DNA of 64,000 nucleotides from a virus (taxonomy: Duplodnaviria; Caudoviricetes). The notes under the pieces are model-generated. The model made no database searches, was not told the DNA's origin, and saw nothing but the letters and a program-made list of their open reading frames with translations. The translations under genes were made by a program, and so were the position numbers. The DNA is taken from positions 18,480 to 82,479 of IMG/VR virus record IMGVR_UViG_3300012942_000041; one strand, 5' to 3'. Shown here in pieces: positions 62,232-64,000 of this stretch (within the stretch, counting starts at the first letter, position 1; each line of letters opens with the position of its first letter).

Positions 62232-62510
62232 ATGCTCGCCATCCACTTCGACTTCGCCGACAACCTCCCGGTCAGCGAACCCGTCCGGGTCAGCGAAGAC
62301 CGGGGACGCGTCCTCATCGAAGTCGGCGAATCCCTCTCCCGCGCGCAGATCCTCGACGCGCTCAACCACGCCATCGACAGCGTCCTCGCCGGAGGCCGCT
62401 GGTTCCAGGAATGGCACGGAGACATCATCTCCCGCCTCCCCCCGATCACCCGCGATCAGCATCTCCCCGCCCACGCCACCCAGCGCGAGGATGGGACCGC
62501 CACCGGCTGA
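62232..62510 (+). CDS. Hypothetical protein between repressor and integrase
   Basis: GGGAG RBS; W.Q.W.G.I motif. Confidence 0.6.
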   Translation: MLAIHFDFADNLPVSEPVRVSEDRGRVLIEVGESLSRAQILDALNHAIDSVLAGGRWFQEWHGDIISRLPPITRDQHLPAHATQREDGTATG

Positions 62511-62549
62511 CAGTGCCTCAACGCCGGTGCAGGGGAAAGGGGGAAGCTC

Positions 62550-63767
62550 GTGCCGGGTTACATCGAAGATCGTTGGTGGACGAAGCCCGGGCCCGACGGC
62601 CAGCGACGCAAGAAGTCCCGCCACGGGCAGGGCCTGCGCTGGCGCGTCGTCGGAATCCCCGGCGTCAAAGACGAATCCTTCGCCAAACGCGCGGACGCCG
62701 AAACCTGGCTCGCGACCGCCCAGACCGATGTCCGCCGCGGGCAGTACATCGACCCCGACCTCGGGCAGATCACGCTGCGGGACTACGTCGAAACGGTGTG
62801 GTGGCCCGCCCGACACGACCCGGTGGGGACGGCCGGGCCGATGCGGTCGAAGATCCGCAACCACATCCTGCCCTACCTCGGGCACATCCCGATCGCGCTG
62901 ATCGACGTCGAGCACCTGCGGGCATGGGTCGCCGCGCTGCGCCGGTCAGGCAGGGTCTCCGAATCCACCATTGAGATCATCTGGATCCACCTCACCACCA
63001 TCCTCGGCAGCGCCGTCGGCAAGCGGATCCTCCGCAACCCCTGCCTCGGCATGGGCGCCGACCGCCCGACCCGCTCGTTCGACACGAAGGCGCGAGCGTG
63101 GACCCCGCAGGAAGTCAAGGACATCCGGGCCGGCCTGGGGGAGTGGTACAAGGTCGTCGTCGACCTCGGCGTGTCCGCCGGACTGCGGCAGGGCGAGGCG
63201 TTCGGGATCAGCCCCGACGACGTCGACGAGGACCGCATGCTGCTCCACGTCCGCCGCCAGTTGCAGTGGGACCCGGGCAAGCCCTACATGAAGCTGCCGA
63301 AGAACGACCACGAACGCGACGTGCCCTTGTCTCCGGGGCTGCTGAAGGCGATCCGGGCGCACGAGGACGCGCACGGCTCCGTCGACATCGAGCTGCCGTG
63401 GAAGGGCCCGGGGAACGACCGCCGGCCGACCATCAAAACGAGGCTGCTGATCGCGACGTGGTTCAGCAACCCGGTCAACGCCTCCCGCTTCAACAAGACC
63501 AACTGGAAGCCGGCGCTCGTCGCCGCGGGGCTGCTGGATCCGAAGGCCGACGAGGGCGACGGCTGGGAGCCGTCACGCGAGTTGATGTTCCACCGGTGCA
63601 GACACACATACGCCAGCGTGCAGTTGCATGCGGGCGAGGACGTGGTGTCCGTGTCGAAGTGGATGGGGCATGCGTCCCCAGAAATCACGTTGAAGACGTA
63701 TGCCCACTTCATGCCGGATCTGGGGCTGCGCGGGCGTACCGCTGTCGACGAGTGGCTCGGCGAGTAG
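62550..63767 (+). CDS. int: Tyrosine integrase
   Basis: GLRQGE (R), HRCRH (HxxR), MGHA...TLKTYAH (H, Y). Confidence 0.95.
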   Translation: MPGYIEDRWWTKPGPDGQRRKKSRHGQGLRWRVVGIPGVKDESFAKRADAETWLATAQTDVRRGQYIDPDLGQITLRDYVETVWWPARHDPVGTAGPMRSKIRNHILPYLGHIPIALIDVEHLRAWVAALRRSGRVSESTIEIIWIHLTTILGSAVGKRILRNPCLGMGADRPTRSFDTKARAWTPQEVKDIRAGLGEWYKVVVDLGVSAGLRQGEAFGISPDDVDEDRMLLHVRRQLQWDPGKPYMKLPKNDHERDVPLSPGLLKAIRAHEDAHGSVDIELPWKGPGNDRRPTIKTRLLIATWFSNPVNASRFNKTNWKPALVAAGLLDPKADEGDGWEPSRELMFHRCRHTYASVQLHAGEDVVSVSKWMGHASPEITLKTYAHFMPDLGLRGRTAVDEWLGE

Positions 63768-63787
63768 GACCCCGGTTCCGTGTGGAT

Positions 63788-63806
63788 CTATACGGACGCT
63801 ATACGG
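63788..63806. repeat. Tandem CTATACGG direct repeat, candidate integrase arm sites
   Basis: CTATACGG at 63788 and 63799 (11-bp spacing), 20 bp after the int stop. Confidence 0.55.
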
Positions 63807-63888
63807 GGCGGGTTTCCGGACCTCGGGCGGCGGCGCGTTCGAACAGGAATGGTCTGGACCGGCCGCCGCCTCGGCAGTGCCTGAGAGG

Positions 63889-64000
63889 CTATCCGTACTG
63901 GTAGAAGCCCCGGCCGGACTTCCGCCCGAGCAGGCCGGCGTCGACCATGCGCTGGAGCAGCGGCGGGGCCGCGTACAGCGGCTCCTTGTACTCGTAGTAC
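63889..64000 (-). CDS. Host 3-hydroxyacyl/3-hydroxybutyryl-CoA dehydrogenase, C-terminal end (partial)
   Basis: Own translation [36 protein letters not shown], the typical LGRKSG.GFY terminus. Confidence 0.85.
   Translation of the reverse strand, partial: YYEYKEPLYAAPPLLQRMVDAGLLGRKSGRGFYQYG

Larger units (their letters stand above)
1..63810. mobile_element. Integrated temperate prophage (continues beyond left edge)
   Basis: Capsid, portal, terminase, recombination, repressor and tyrosine integrase genes in phage-like order; host metabolic gene immediately right of the integrase. Exact att boundary not determined. Confidence 0.95.

Noticed and set aside
63768-63888. tRNA at the attachment site
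   Set aside because: Only a GTTCGAA heptamer is present; no cloverleaf could be folded.

Overview
High-GC (actinobacterial, Streptomyces-like) temperate prophage filling almost the whole window. It is cut on the left inside the head module and ends on the right at a tyrosine integrase converging on the 3' end of a host 3-hydroxyacyl-CoA dehydrogenase gene. Right to left: (1) integrase and a repressor/Cro-like switch; (2) a long leftward early operon with RecE/RecT-like recombination, DEDD exonuclease, two DNA methyltransferases, RusA, ParB-like proteins and a repeat-containing initiator; (3) an RHH-controlled array of small gene cassettes that includes an AcrIII-1/DUF1874-like ring nuclease; (4) a 15 kb rightward block with two EndoVII paralogs, a second initiator, a PAPS-reductase-like enzyme and an RNA ligase; (5) a two-gene precursor peptide + isoaspartyl methyltransferase (imiditide/pamtide-like RiPP) locus and a HicAB-like pair; (6) a Streptomyces-plasmid-type transfer module (GntR/KorA, FtsK/TraB, membrane proteins) with an 11-bp-phased, mirror-symmetric clt-like repeat locus; (7) a promoter-terminator late switch; (8) putative fibre, terminase, portal-MuF, protease/scaffold and capsid genes. 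All family assignments come from motif recognition by eye, not database searches. Many start codons were re-picked from RBS context.
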